Positions 7,320 through 17,896 of a stretch of DNA of 44,019 bases are shown one piece after another. The notes beneath the pieces are model-generated. The model had not been told where the DNA came from. It made no database searches and worked only from the letters and a program-made list of their open reading frames with translations. Both the position numbers and the translations under genes were made by a program. Source of the stretch: Patescibacteria group bacterium (GTDB taxonomy: Bacteria > Patescibacteriota > Minisyncoccia > Phycocordibacterales > CAIZLB01); NCBI GenBank assembly GCA_040384865.1, contig JAZKIM010000008.1:3301-47319 (forward strand). Direction: 5' to 3'. How positions within the stretch are numbered: position 1 is the first letter of the stretch; every line of letters begins with the position of its first letter.

Positions 7320-7988
7320 ATGTCCACTGAAGCAAAAACAGTTACCGCAATAGTTATTATCACCATTCTCATCATCATCGGCGGTATTTTCGTAATGAGC
7401 ACCCAGTCAGCCAACTTGCCTGACATGGTAGTCAATTCAGATATTCTTGTACGTCCTGATAGCCCTATCATCAAGGGTGAGCAAGATCACATCACCATAG
7501 TGGAATTCGCCGACTATGAATGCCCTTCATGCGCGGTAATCCATCCAGAACTAAAGAAGCTGCTCTCTTCAGAAGACGGTAAATACATAAACTTTGTGTT
7601 CCGAAACTTCCCTCTTCACAGCGGTTCAGTTCAAGCTTCTGTGGCAGTTCAAGCTGCTGGCGCACAAGGAAAGTATTGGGAAATGCACGACAAAGTATTT
7701 GAAAATCAGGATGAATGGGCATCCATATCAGCCTCCAACGAATCAAAGCGTGCGGAATTGTTTGAGAAATACGCTACGGAAATTGGGCTCGATATCAATG
7801 CATATCGTCTAGCACTTAAAGACAGCAAATACACAGATCTCATTAAGCGTGATCAGGCAGATGCCATTGCTATGAAAGTCAGTGTCACGCCCACTCTCAT
7901 CATTAATGGAACAGAGATCATCAAAGGTGCCGTTTCTTACGAAAAACTAAAGGAGGTTATCGACGCGGAGTTAGCGAAGAACAACTAA
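7320..7988 (+). CDS. DsbA/BdbD-family thioredoxin-fold oxidoreductase
   Basis: N-terminal TM anchor, IVEFADYECPSC, FRNFPLH, TPTLIING. Confidence 0.92.
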   Translation: MSTEAKTVTAIVIITILIIIGGIFVMSTQSANLPDMVVNSDILVRPDSPIIKGEQDHITIVEFADYECPSCAVIHPELKKLLSSEDGKYINFVFRNFPLHSGSVQASVAVQAAGAQGKYWEMHDKVFENQDEWASISASNESKRAELFEKYATEIGLDINAYRLALKDSKYTDLIKRDQADAIAMKVSVTPTLIINGTEIIKGAVSYEKLKEVIDAELAKNN

Positions 7989-9670
7989 ATTTCAATCTTT
8001 TCAGGCTCAGCAACAACGACCTTGTTCTTCGTCAGCTTTTGATTGAACATCCTCCACACTTCCCCAAGCTCGGTACTGCCGAGTAGTTTAAACACAAGCA
8101 TGGTTATACCAATACCCACAGCACCGCCAATGATTCCCTGAGTTAAAATACCACCAAAGGTATCAAGGTTCAGTCTTTCATCTACGGTATTGAGGGCTAT
8201 ATAGGCAAAAAAGGCACCAATCACTCCTGCACTAAAGCTTGAAAACAAAACCTTGCCCACTTTGTGCGTAAGCGAACCAAAATCGCGCTCGAAACTAATC
8301 CACAAAATAAAAGCATTAATAAGTGTTCCTATAGAAAAACCAAGCGGTAACATCAACACGCCCGCACCAGGAATATCCTCTACGCGAAAAGCAGACTCTA
8401 TCACATATTTAAACATCGGATAATTATTGAATGCCATCAAAAGAAAGAACGGTGCGCCGATAGTAATGACCGAAGATATGAGGTTTATAAAAAGCGGTTT
8501 CTTTGTCATACCAGCCGCGTAGTAAGCACGTATGAATAAAAGCTCGAGACCTTGAGCGACAAGAGAAATGGTAAAAAGGGCAAGACAAGCGGCTGTGAGA
8601 CGGGTATCATCCCAATCAAATGATCCGGAGCCGAGGATGACGCGAACAATTTGGGCACGAAGGACAATAAAAAGAGCCGTGATGGGGATAGACCAGAATA
8701 CAATATGGCGTGCTGCGGTAGTAACATGTTCAATGAATTCAGCACGTTCGCCACGTGCAATGAATGCGCTAAGTGTCGGAAATGCAGCAAGTGCATAACT
8801 CACCCCAACAATAGCAAACGGTACTGACTGTAAACTGTTCGAAAAACTAAAGATGGCAATTGATCCTGTGGTAATCAAAGAAGCAAACGAGGTGATGAAA
8901 ACAAGCTCAAGATTAGTAGCAGAAAGGGTCAAGGTACGAGGTATCGACAACTTAAACATTTCCCATACCACCCGACGGTCAATATTAAAAGTAATGCGCG
9001 GAAGCAGTCCTCTTGCTGCAACGAAAGGCACCTGTACCAGAAAATGCACTAACCCTCCAATAATAACGCCCACAACTACTCCTTGAATTCCCATAATTGG
9101 ATACAAAAACAAAAGTCCAAAGATAATAGAGAGATTGTAAAGAATAGGACTCATAGCGTAAAGGAAAAACCTTTTACTAATCTGAGTGATGACACCAAGA
9201 AGGTTTGAAATTCCTAAACAGATAGGCTGAAGCAATAATAGTCGAGCAAGCAATGTCAGCTGATCCAATACAGCAGGATCTTTCATGCCCGGCATCAGCA
9301 AGGGAGTAATGTACGGCATAATAAACCAAAAAACGACAGAGACAACTATCATAAGGCCGACAAAAACCGTAAAGATAGTACTCATGAGATGAGCCGCCTC
9401 TTCCTTCTTTCTTTCAAAAATACCGCTGAAGAATGGGATCAGTACTGAAATGGAAACCAATGACGCCACGGCGGCATAGATCAAGTCTGGAATTCGAAAA
9501 GCTGCATAGTATATGTCGAGTGTTTGTCCTGCCCCAAAGTGATTAGCCAATATCCTATCGCGTACCAGAGCAAGAACTTGCGAAAGAAAAGTAAAGAAGC
9601 CAATGAGAAAAGCGGCCTGGTGAACCCCGGCGATTTCCTGATGAAAGAGTTTAAGAATGCGATTGCCCAT
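7985..9670 (-). CDS. murJ: Lipid II flippase MurJ (MviN)
   Basis: LALVRDRILA, YYAAFRIPD, multi-TM MOP-family profile. Confidence 0.9.
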   Translation of the reverse strand: MGNRILKLFHQEIAGVHQAAFLIGFFTFLSQVLALVRDRILANHFGAGQTLDIYYAAFRIPDLIYAAVASLVSISVLIPFFSGIFERKKEEAAHLMSTIFTVFVGLMIVVSVVFWFIMPYITPLLMPGMKDPAVLDQLTLLARLLLLQPICLGISNLLGVITQISKRFFLYAMSPILYNLSIIFGLLFLYPIMGIQGVVVGVIIGGLVHFLVQVPFVAARGLLPRITFNIDRRVVWEMFKLSIPRTLTLSATNLELVFITSFASLITTGSIAIFSFSNSLQSVPFAIVGVSYALAAFPTLSAFIARGERAEFIEHVTTAARHIVFWSIPITALFIVLRAQIVRVILGSGSFDWDDTRLTAACLALFTISLVAQGLELLFIRAYYAAGMTKKPLFINLISSVITIGAPFFLLMAFNNYPMFKYVIESAFRVEDIPGAGVLMLPLGFSIGTLINAFILWISFERDFGSLTHKVGKVLFSSFSAGVIGAFFAYIALNTVDERLNLDTFGGILTQGIIGGAVGIGITMLVFKLLGSTELGEVWRMFNQKLTKNKVVVAEPEKIEI

Positions 9671-9678
9671 ATCGCTCT

Positions 9679-11841
9679 CTACTTCTTAGAATTGATGCTG
9701 CTAGTGGTGGAAGTTGAGGATTGACTCGTGACAGTACTCGACTTTTTACTTTCTACTTGCGCAGCAGGAGAGGAAGATGTTTGAATGTCCTTACTTGCCG
9801 ATGACTGTGCTGAGGGATTAGCCTTCTCTAGTTCTGAATAAAGGGCATAGGCTTCCTGGAAGTCAGGTTTAAGCTGCAGAGACTGCTGAAGGGCAGCTTT
9901 GGCACTTGCTGAGTCCTTAGCCAGCGCATACAAGTATCCAGCAAGATATGCAGGTAAAGGACTCGAAGGGATGAGTGCATACGCCTGCTTATAAGCATTG
10001 AGAGCGGCGTCCCCCGCCTTCTCAACTCCAAGTAAACCAGCGGTCTGATAGACTTGGCCGAGGAAAATGTAGTTATGATAATCCGTTGGGTTCTGCTGTG
10101 CAGCAGTTTCAGCCGCATATACCGCCTGGGTAATAATAGGCTTGGTCTTTTCATCAAGCTCGTTCTTCCCTGACTGTTTCAATACCAGCTGCAATTCAAT
10201 CAGTTTTGCTTGTGCGTATGATCGTAGATATGGATCGTGCGAAGGGGCGCGCTGAATAGCTGAAGCGATCAAGGCTTCAGACTCAGCAATATTTTCAGGT
10301 GTCGTGAGTACTACACCAGCCTTACTTATTTCTATCGCTGCTACGAATCTCTGCGTCCATCCAAATGCCCATGCTACTGTGCATATAAGAAGGAGAATAA
10401 GAATCAACACTGACACAAAGCCCTTCTTCTGACTTGATATCCAACTATATTCCTTGATCTTAATTACATTCTCCCGAATAAGCGATGCGGCCAAAAGTCC
10501 GGTAAAAAAGAAAGCAAAGACTAGTGTAGTTACAGTCACCATCGAAAAGAATGCAATAAACCAGAGATACATCGACGCAAGGAGCGACGAAACAATTATA
10601 TACACCGAGAACTTATCCTTTGTTCCGACGAACACGGATCGAATTCCCGACCAAAATGTAGCTGCCAAAAATACAAGCCAAGCAAGGAAACCTAGAATCC
10701 CGACGGTAACTATTGTAGTCAGGACGTAACTAACACCATAATTAAAATCAGAGTTCCAAAATACAGTTTGATTTACTCCAGCAGGTTTAAACAATCCCCA
10801 TGCTGCAAAGAACCTATTCGGACCGACACCAAAAAGAACTCGTACAACATCTCCTTGACCAATCAAGTCACGGGCTACTCCATAAGTCCCCTGGAAAGTC
10901 GGTCGGACGTCTATCACATCGTTCTGTGTAATTCCGATCTTACTGTAAATAAATGTAGCGATAGTCGAAGAACCAATGGTCATTACCGTACAGAACACCA
11001 AGACCAAAAGAGACGCTTTCGGCATTTTCTTTGAAGAACGATAATTGAGAGAAAGGATATATACAAATACCAGTAAAGCAATAAATCCTACCAAGAATGT
11101 CAGCGGGATAGCGAATCCAAAAACATTACTTATGATATAAAAATTCGTAACGCTAAGAAGCGCGAGGCCGAGAATAAGTGCCCCATAAAAAGCCAACTTA
11201 AGCTTCTTACCCACATCAAGGAATTCAATGGTTATAAATGAAAGAATAATAGCCAAACCAGCATATATACCAAGGTCACTCCATGCTCCGAGCGTATTCG
11301 CGACTACAGTAGAAAAAGCGCCGCCAATATTAAGCATATCCGGTCCAGCAACAAAACGGATTATATGGAAAATACTGACCACTACAAACATTCCCAAGAT
11401 AGCTAAATAGGCCCAAAAAATACGTTGCTTTGATTGGAAGAAGGCAGCGACAAGTGCGATGAGCAGAAATCCTAGCACTATAAAATGAGACGTATCAAAC
11501 TCCGCTCCAGACCCAATCAAGCTAGAAGGTCGGTGAATTGAAAGGAAGGAGGAAACAATAGTTAGTAAAGGAACAATGGCCAGGATAGTAATCACCTTCC
11601 AATTCGGCAAGGATATCTTTCCTGATTTTATAATAGCAAAGAGAGAGAGCACTACAGATATCAAGACAATTGTTGTCAAAAGAAGTATTTTTGAAAATAA
11701 AAAACCAACAAGACTTGAGGGGATAACGAATATCGGTAAAAGGACAATTAACAGTGAGAGTAGCCAAAACGGTAATTTATTTAACAGGGTTATTTCCTCC
11801 GGAGCTCCGACAGCCTCAATGTTCATTTTTATTTTATCCAT
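9679..11841 (-). CDS. Polytopic membrane protein, O-antigen-ligase-like, with C-terminal TPR repeats
   Basis: About 13 TM helices, FGVGPNRF loop, TPR-like helices, Ser-rich tail. Confidence 0.65.
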   Translation of the reverse strand: MDKIKMNIEAVGAPEEITLLNKLPFWLLSLLIVLLPIFVIPSSLVGFLFSKILLLTTIVLISVVLSLFAIIKSGKISLPNWKVITILAIVPLLTIVSSFLSIHRPSSLIGSGAEFDTSHFIVLGFLLIALVAAFFQSKQRIFWAYLAILGMFVVVSIFHIIRFVAGPDMLNIGGAFSTVVANTLGAWSDLGIYAGLAIILSFITIEFLDVGKKLKLAFYGALILGLALLSVTNFYIISNVFGFAIPLTFLVGFIALLVFVYILSLNYRSSKKMPKASLLVLVFCTVMTIGSSTIATFIYSKIGITQNDVIDVRPTFQGTYGVARDLIGQGDVVRVLFGVGPNRFFAAWGLFKPAGVNQTVFWNSDFNYGVSYVLTTIVTVGILGFLAWLVFLAATFWSGIRSVFVGTKDKFSVYIIVSSLLASMYLWFIAFFSMVTVTTLVFAFFFTGLLAASLIRENVIKIKEYSWISSQKKGFVSVLILILLLICTVAWAFGWTQRFVAAIEISKAGVVLTTPENIAESEALIASAIQRAPSHDPYLRSYAQAKLIELQLVLKQSGKNELDEKTKPIITQAVYAAETAAQQNPTDYHNYIFLGQVYQTAGLLGVEKAGDAALNAYKQAYALIPSSPLPAYLAGYLYALAKDSASAKAALQQSLQLKPDFQEAYALYSELEKANPSAQSSASKDIQTSSSPAAQVESKKSSTVTSQSSTSTTSSINSKK

Positions 11842-11969
11842 ACCTCCATTATATATGAGCACAACACTAGCTACAATGAAAAAACACCCGAGATTGAGGA
11901 TAATTAGGATGGTTTAAAGTTTTATGAAGTCGCTGGATTTTTAACGTATTTTGTGATATAATGTACACC

Positions 11970-12391
11970 GTTGGTGTTGGAACGATGCTCGCGAGAAAGA
12001 TATCGCGAGAGGAAAGTCCGAACACTCGCCAGCCACTTCCGAAAGGAATATCTGGCAGCAAGGTAGCGGGTAATCCCCGTCTGGAGCAATCCAAGAGGTG
12101 CGAACAGTGACGCCGGCATCGAAAGACCGCCGGCACCCAGCGAAAGATTTAAGACGCAAGTCATAAAAATTCCGAAGGGTGAATCTCGAGAGTCAAAGCT
12201 CGAGAGTGCAACGGCAAAATCCTTATCCGAGTGCAAGACCGCGCTTCATACGCAAAATGAGAACGTGCAAACGTAATCACCAGCGATAGAAGAGAGTCGC
12301 TCGAGCTGGCCAGTAATGACCAGCCTAGATAAATATCGTTTAATTGCTCTGTTATTAGAGCAATCACAGAATTCGGCTTATAGGCACCAAC
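11970..12391 (+). ncRNA. rnpB: RNase P RNA
   Basis: GAGGAAAGTCC and ACAGAATTCGGCTTA conserved regions; 5' gttggtgtt pairs with 3' ggcaccaac; TGnTATAAT at 11954-11962. Confidence 0.95.
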
Positions 12392-12399
12392 AAAAAATC

Positions 12400-12429
12400 A
12401 AAATCCCCTGGCTAACGCCTGGGGATTTT
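12400..12429. terminator. Bidirectional terminator between rnpB and nrdJ
   Basis: aaaatcccc...ggggatttt hairpin between convergent genes. Confidence 0.75.
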
Positions 12430-12456
12430 GTGTTTATAAAACTATTACCTTTTCTC

Positions 12457-14844
12457 TTACTTTACCTTCTGAGCCTCCATCGCCGTCACAGCAGCGTCTT
12501 CAATCTCACAAACTCCTCCCGCACACGCCAGCTCTTTCTTCACATCTGTCTCATCACGTCGCTCAAAGACGACAATCTTAGAGAAGTCGAGGCGCTCATA
12601 CCGCTTGAGAAGTTCATTGTATTGCTTCTCTGTGCATTCTTCGTATGGAGCAAGCTGATATACATGGTTAGAACGAGGAAGGAACGAGAGACCTCCGACG
12701 ATATTCCAATTCTCATAGACCCAACTTGCAACCGCGATCCATTCATCTTCCCCTATGGAAACTGTTACTGATGGATTGTGATGAGTATAGTTTTCCTTTA
12801 CTAACTTCCAAAAATTGAGCTGATCGATAGCTGAAAGTTCACTACTGAACTTAGAATTTTTTGGAGCCTTGACTGGAAAGTCAATTACATATGTCGTAGC
12901 ATTATCTATGGTCTGACCTACTTCTGGACTATACGGAACACCCTGATCCTTCATCATCTTGAAGAGTGCATCTGTTGCTGAAATTCGCACTCGTCGGATG
13001 TAATATTGTGAATGTCGCGCATGCATACCAGACGAACAATCTACGGTCTGCGAAAGGTTTCCTGACGGCTTAACGGTGGTAATAGCCGTCGAAGGATTAA
13101 TGCCGAATCGCTTTGCATAGATAGCGTTCACTCGAACTGTCTCCTCCCGAAGGGCTCGAAGGGTCTTCGCATTTCGAACGGCTGGACAATCCCACATGCC
13201 AGTGATAGACACACCGAGCAATCGTTCTTCTTCGCAATTCTTTTTCCATTCAGGAGAAAGATAGATGAAGTTAGTAAATGTTGCCTGATATGTACCGAGA
13301 ATCGTTGCGATTCTAATCTTTCGCATGAGATCCTTTTCAGTATCTTCATGTCGGGCTACCGCCTCTGAAAGGTTACAAAACTGCTTTGGTCGAAGAATGA
13401 TTTCTCCACAAGGATTCGTACCGAACTTGTCCCACCACCCCTCAGAAACAGCCTTTCGAGACTCTGGGAATGTGTGTTTCAAGCCTGCTCGGTTGAATAT
13501 ACCTCGCTCTCCAGATCCGCTCTTTACGAGAGCTGTCCATTCATCCAAGAACTGTGTATTTGTCGGTTTTGTATTGTAAACAGCAGAGTTGTTTGAAAGC
13601 GACCGCTGAGGTTCTGACATCCAGAACTGACCCTTCTTCGCGTCTCGAACTTCACCATCATTAAGATCAGAAAGAGAAATGAGTGCAGTTCGTCGAACAC
13701 CACCCGACACCACGCCCATACCAATCTGACAGATAATATCGTGCACATCTAAGTTTGAAAGGTGCTGACCTTGTCTTGAAAATATCTTTGCTCGAGTGAA
13801 ATCATGAATCTGTCGAAGAGGATCGGGGCCAGATGACTTTCCACCCGTCGTCTTTAGTCGTGCGCCTGCAGGACGAAGCTTTGAATAATCGATACGAACA
13901 TCATTGCCGCCAAACCACTGCTCCATGGCGAATGAAAATGAGTCTGCCCATCCTTCACGACTGTCTTCGACAACATAGTCAACCACCTTACCTGTCTGAT
14001 ATTTAATCTGCGGGAGCGACTGAGCAGCATAACTTTCAGCTGAGAATCCTACGCCAGCCCCTGACATCGAGAGGAACATGATCTCCGCGAAGTCTTGAAA
14101 AGACTGGGGTGCAGTGAATGAACAGTTATACACACAAGTATGGTTCTTCCGTGCGGCAGGACCAGCAAACTGAAGTGCTCGCATTGACGGCATCGCCTCA
14201 TGAATAAAGATAGCCTTGTCAACTTCCGCATATTCTTTGCTGGTAAGCTTGTCCCCCAAATTTTCTTTCATGAAATCCATATAGCGAGTAACGGTTTCTC
14301 GCCACGTCTCACGTCGTCCTTGTTCCTCGATCCATCGAGAGTAGGTTCGATAGTAGATAAATTCACCGAGAGGGTTTCGGAATGATTTTTTACTTTCAGC
14401 AGCAAGCTTCTTAACATGTTCTGGCACCTCGATGTGCTTTTCACGAATCTTTGCGTGTTCAGCTCGATAAAGGATGTAAGACTTTGCAGTCTTCACATAT
14501 TCACTGAGAATGAGTTCACTCTCAATAGTATCTTGAATACCTTCAACACTTGGAATAAATGTCTTATATTTCTTTGAAATACGGACAAGGTCAGCATAGA
14601 CTTTTGTAGCTACAATTTCAGCCTCCTCGAGAGATCCTTCATTGACCGAAAGCATGGCCTTATGGATAGCATTTACCATTCGATCGAGATCGAAATCGAC
14701 AATCTGACCGCTTCGCTTCATGATTTTCTTGATAAAAAGAGGTTCTCTCTTTTTAACCTCTCTTTCTGGAGCTTTTACAGTCTTCGTGCTGGCCTTTTTG
14801 GCCTTTGCGACAACTTTTTTTGCCGGCTTTTTTGATGGAGACAT
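12457..14844 (-). CDS. nrdJ: Class II (B12-dependent) ribonucleotide reductase with N-terminal ATP cone
   Basis: IMKRSG ATP cone, YNCSF, GGVRRTALI, TNPCGEI, KPSG, C-terminal CAGGVC. Confidence 0.93.
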   Translation of the reverse strand: MSPSKKPAKKVVAKAKKASTKTVKAPEREVKKREPLFIKKIMKRSGQIVDFDLDRMVNAIHKAMLSVNEGSLEEAEIVATKVYADLVRISKKYKTFIPSVEGIQDTIESELILSEYVKTAKSYILYRAEHAKIREKHIEVPEHVKKLAAESKKSFRNPLGEFIYYRTYSRWIEEQGRRETWRETVTRYMDFMKENLGDKLTSKEYAEVDKAIFIHEAMPSMRALQFAGPAARKNHTCVYNCSFTAPQSFQDFAEIMFLSMSGAGVGFSAESYAAQSLPQIKYQTGKVVDYVVEDSREGWADSFSFAMEQWFGGNDVRIDYSKLRPAGARLKTTGGKSSGPDPLRQIHDFTRAKIFSRQGQHLSNLDVHDIICQIGMGVVSGGVRRTALISLSDLNDGEVRDAKKGQFWMSEPQRSLSNNSAVYNTKPTNTQFLDEWTALVKSGSGERGIFNRAGLKHTFPESRKAVSEGWWDKFGTNPCGEIILRPKQFCNLSEAVARHEDTEKDLMRKIRIATILGTYQATFTNFIYLSPEWKKNCEEERLLGVSITGMWDCPAVRNAKTLRALREETVRVNAIYAKRFGINPSTAITTVKPSGNLSQTVDCSSGMHARHSQYYIRRVRISATDALFKMMKDQGVPYSPEVGQTIDNATTYVIDFPVKAPKNSKFSSELSAIDQLNFWKLVKENYTHHNPSVTVSIGEDEWIAVASWVYENWNIVGGLSFLPRSNHVYQLAPYEECTEKQYNELLKRYERLDFSKIVVFERRDETDVKKELACAGGVCEIEDAAVTAMEAQKVK

Positions 14845-14968
14845 AGAACTAATTCGGTTTATATTTGTGCTATTGATAATTCGGCAGATTTCCCTCTCCG
14901 CCGCTTGCTGCAGGTAAAAAATCTTCTTACTTGCTGGAGTCATTCTACTCTTCTTCATCGTTAAACTG

Positions 14969-14977
14969 TGTGGATAA
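14969..14977 (-). promoter_or_regulatory. DnaA box upstream of nrdJ
   Basis: Perfect TTATCCACA on the minus strand. Confidence 0.55.
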
Positions 14978-15040
14978 CTCTAAAATAATGTAGATGAAAA
15001 CAGTTTCAAAAAAAAGTAAATGTATGTGCCAAAAGAACAC

Positions 15041-15556
15041 CTAATTTGAAGTGTTTTTGAGGAGATTTTTGTCAAAAATTACACGATCACCTTTTTTGAT
15101 GTTTTGAGCTTCAGCCGTGCCTGCCGAAAGTTCAATAACATAAAGTGCATTTGTGTCTGAGGAGAAAGATTTTGGATAACTTTCTGGGGTAACATTCGAT
15201 ATGACAGTCACAATAGTGTTGTTTTCATCAATCCAAACAATATCAATGGGAAACTTCATATCTTTCATCCAAAAAGAATAGTAGCTAGGTACTGGAAATA
15301 CAAAAAGCATAGCTTCGCCAGGATTAAGTGCAATCCGACCACTCAAACCAAGCCCTTGAAGCTCCTCCGTATCTGCTATTTCTGCTAGAAACTCGCTCTG
15401 ACCGATTTGAACAGGAATGGTCTTATACAAACTCTCAATGAGAGGTATTTGTGGCTCTAAAACAGACTGATTATTGTAACTTACATAAAGGATAACAGCG
15501 ATTCCTGTAAGAAGAATCGCTGTTATATATATCCTTTTGTTTTTTATAAAAAACAA
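15041..15556 (-). CDS. DUF192 family protein
   Basis: EIADT, GLSGR, MLFVF, FWMKDMKFPIDIVW, YVIEL. Confidence 0.88.
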   Translation of the reverse strand: MFFIKNKRIYITAILLTGIAVILYVSYNNQSVLEPQIPLIESLYKTIPVQIGQSEFLAEIADTEELQGLGLSGRIALNPGEAMLFVFPVPSYYSFWMKDMKFPIDIVWIDENNTIVTVISNVTPESYPKSFSSDTNALYVIELSAGTAEAQNIKKGDRVIFDKNLLKNTSN

Positions 15557-15581
15557 GCTGAATGCAAATTAGACGGCTAAA

Positions 15582-15833
15582 CTAGGCTTCGCAAGTTTCG
15601 CACTTACCGTTCTTGCATGCACCTACGCACTTCTCCCTGCAAAGACCATGCCCACAGCATTTTCCACCAACGCAACCCTTACAGTTACAGCCGTCATGAC
15701 GAAGCATAATACTAAGACCAAGAAGAATAATAAAAACAGGCCAAATGATATTCCACTGAATACCATTAAGAAGACCGAAACGATCAAGGAGAAACAAAGT
15801 ACCGACAAAGACAAGGATCAATCCTGCGCGCAT
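15582..15833 (-). CDS. Small membrane protein (LiaI/LiaF-like TM hairpin) with Cys-rich tail
   Basis: GLILVFVG...WPVFIILLG plus 10 Cys in the last 35 aa. Confidence 0.7.
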   Translation of the reverse strand: MRAGLILVFVGTLFLLDRFGLLNGIQWNIIWPVFIILLGLSIMLRHDGCNCKGCVGGKCCGHGLCREKCVGACKNGKCETCEA

Positions 15834-15909
15834 ATAAAAATTTGCTAATTTGCTAATGAAATTATTATATCATGCAAATTTATTTTAAAAATGATCAATG
15901 TGTGTATAT

Positions 15910-16284
15910 CTAATTTTCTTCCTTCAAATCCAGGCAAACTGAATTCATACAGAATCTTTTTCCACTCGATGAAGGACCATCATTAAATACATGGCCAAGA
16001 TGTGAACCGCAATTGCTGCAGACTGTCTCGGTACGAGTCATACCATGACTCGAATCATCAATCATTTTGACACTTCCGGGAAGAGCTTCGTCAAAACTAG
16101 GCCAGCCTGTTCCAGAATCAAATTTGGCATCAGAAGAAAAAAGTGGCTGACCGCACACGGCGCAATTATATGTTCCCTTTTCCTTCGTGTGAACATACTT
16201 ACCGGTGAATGGCGCTTCTGTACCCTTTTCTCGAGCCACCTTATACAACTCTGGCGGCAACTTATCCTTATATTCATCGTTCAT
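15910..16284 (-). CDS. msrB: Peptide-methionine (R)-S-oxide reductase
   Basis: GTEAPFTG, KFDSGTGWPSF, HLGHVF, RFCMNS, two CxxC. Confidence 0.97.
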   Translation of the reverse strand: MNDEYKDKLPPELYKVAREKGTEAPFTGKYVHTKEKGTYNCAVCGQPLFSSDAKFDSGTGWPSFDEALPGSVKMIDDSSHGMTRTETVCSNCGSHLGHVFNDGPSSSGKRFCMNSVCLDLKEEN

Positions 16285-16318
16285 AAGGGTATGCTAGTAA
16301 ATAAATATGAGTTTTTAA

Positions 16319-16927
16319 TTATTTTTCTGAAAGATAAGTATATATTTGTGCTCCGACAACTGCTCCGACAATAGGGCCAATGATGTATGCGAGATTGAAT
16401 GCCCCAATAGTAAATGCAATCGCCGGGTTCAACAATCCACCAACACCAAGAATAGCTGCGAAAGCGCTGCCAATAACAAGAGATCCACCAATGACAATAC
16501 CACTCAAATTTGATGAGACCCGACCGTATACAACAGAGGCAATACCAAAGAGGAAAAAAAGAGCTCCGATAGCCTCACCAAGGGCAACACGTAAATTATT
16601 TGGAATCGATGTCGCGTCCGCCTGCCCAATACCAAAACCATATGCAACCAGTATTGCCAATGCGGCACCAGCAAACTGGCTGATTATATAGAAAACAGCG
16701 GTTCGCCAATGAATTTTCCGAATCGACAATATAGCAATAGTAACAGCTGGATTTAAATGCACCCCGCCGATATGACCGACAGTATAAACAAAGAGACCGA
16801 GAGTAAACGCAGCAAGAAACGGGGTTGATATCGGAAACTGTGCGGCCATAACTGAAAGCATAACAATAAGAGACAATGCGAACGTACCAAAGAATTCAAC
16901 GATAAACGGTTTTATTTGTTTGAGCAT
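16319..16927 (-). CDS. Aquaporin/MIP family channel
   Basis: EFFGT, HLNPAVT and second LNPA. Confidence 0.9.
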   Translation of the reverse strand: MLKQIKPFIVEFFGTFALSLIVMLSVMAAQFPISTPFLAAFTLGLFVYTVGHIGGVHLNPAVTIAILSIRKIHWRTAVFYIISQFAGAALAILVAYGFGIGQADATSIPNNLRVALGEAIGALFFLFGIASVVYGRVSSNLSGIVIGGSLVIGSAFAAILGVGGLLNPAIAFTIGAFNLAYIIGPIVGAVVGAQIYTYLSEK

Positions 16928-16949
16928 AATTGAGTAATTAATGAAGATT

Positions 16950-17225
16950 TTATTTCTGTTCCTGGTTTGGTGTTGATTCCCCAATCTTCTTATGAGAATT
17001 GAATTTCTTCAGCACTACTCCGATGTAAATGAGTTCTAAAATACCCATAGTATTTATGATGAACATGGCCAAGAACCACCATATCTCGTTTCTCTTTGCG
17101 GCATGCCAAAGAGCATATCCCTTCAAGGCGAGAGCTAGTAGAGCAACTAATCCAAAGATTGGACCCCAGACGGCAAGGAAAGGTGTATGCATGCCGTAAC
17201 CGAATGAATTAAAAGAATTCCACAT
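16950..17225 (-). CDS. Small membrane protein (DUF5652-like)
   Basis: KGYALWHAAKR...WF...INTMGILELIY. Confidence 0.75.
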   Translation of the reverse strand: MWNSFNSFGYGMHTPFLAVWGPIFGLVALLALALKGYALWHAAKRNEIWWFLAMFIINTMGILELIYIGVVLKKFNSHKKIGESTPNQEQK

Positions 17226-17354
17226 AGTAAATTAATCTTAAAAATAATGGACATATTATACACCCGCATGTTTATGAAGGAAACGAGGCTTTTAATTAAA
17301 GACCTCGCGACATTCTCCAAAAATTATTTTGAGATTTATGTACATAAGCACCGT

Positions 17355-17390
17355 CCAAACAAAAAAGCCGTAAACGGCCTTTTTGTTTGG
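17355..17390. terminator. Intrinsic terminator after the SWIB gene
   Basis: ccaaacaaaaaagccg-taaa-cggcctttttgtttgg. Confidence 0.75.
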
Positions 17391-17408
17391 TATCACTTAT
17401 TGTGGATA

Positions 17409-17666
17409 TTATGAAAGATGCTTTGAAACGAGCTTTGTCATTTCAAACATGTTCACCATAGCCTTTCCACCGAACACTTCCTTTAGGGCAGCGTCAGCAT
17501 TGATGTTTCGCTTGTTCTTTGGATCCTGAAGATCATTCTTCTTGATGTAGACCCAGAGAGCCTTTACTACTTCTGATCGAGGCATTGGACCCTTTCCGAC
17601 AACAACAGCCAATTCAGGGCTGATGTTCATAGGCTTCATAAAAGCTGAATTTGTTTTTGTTGGCAT
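17409..17666 (-). CDS. Stand-alone SWIB/MDM2 domain protein
   Basis: SPELAVVVG, RSEVVKALWVYIKKNDLQDPKNKR, MFEMTKLVSKHL. Confidence 0.93.
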   Translation of the reverse strand: MPTKTNSAFMKPMNISPELAVVVGKGPMPRSEVVKALWVYIKKNDLQDPKNKRNINADAALKEVFGGKAMVNMFEMTKLVSKHLS

Positions 17667-17896
17667 ATCTTATTGATTATTAGTCGGAGCCATTATACCA
17701 GACTTAAGGGTAAACAGGCTACCCCTCCCAAAGAACAACTTATATCGTCTAAAATCCAACCTTTCTTTTGAACTTTTTCTTCTTTAAAACCAAAAGGTGG
17801 ATTACTTGGGTTCGATACTAAGATAGTAAGGTACTGCAAAAGTATTTTGGCGACTTTTCTATAACGTTTGTGAGACATTCGAGTCAACCCTACTTT

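Noticed and set aside
11867-12367. Several short minus-strand ORFs
   Set aside because: They are antisense to the RNase P RNA gene.
14845-15000. Cobalamin riboswitch or NrdR box upstream of nrdJ
   Set aside because: No recognisable B12-box or NrdR consensus seen; only two generic hairpins.
17693-17887. 64-aa ORF
   Set aside because: Non-ATG start, no motif, overlaps the SWIB promoter region.
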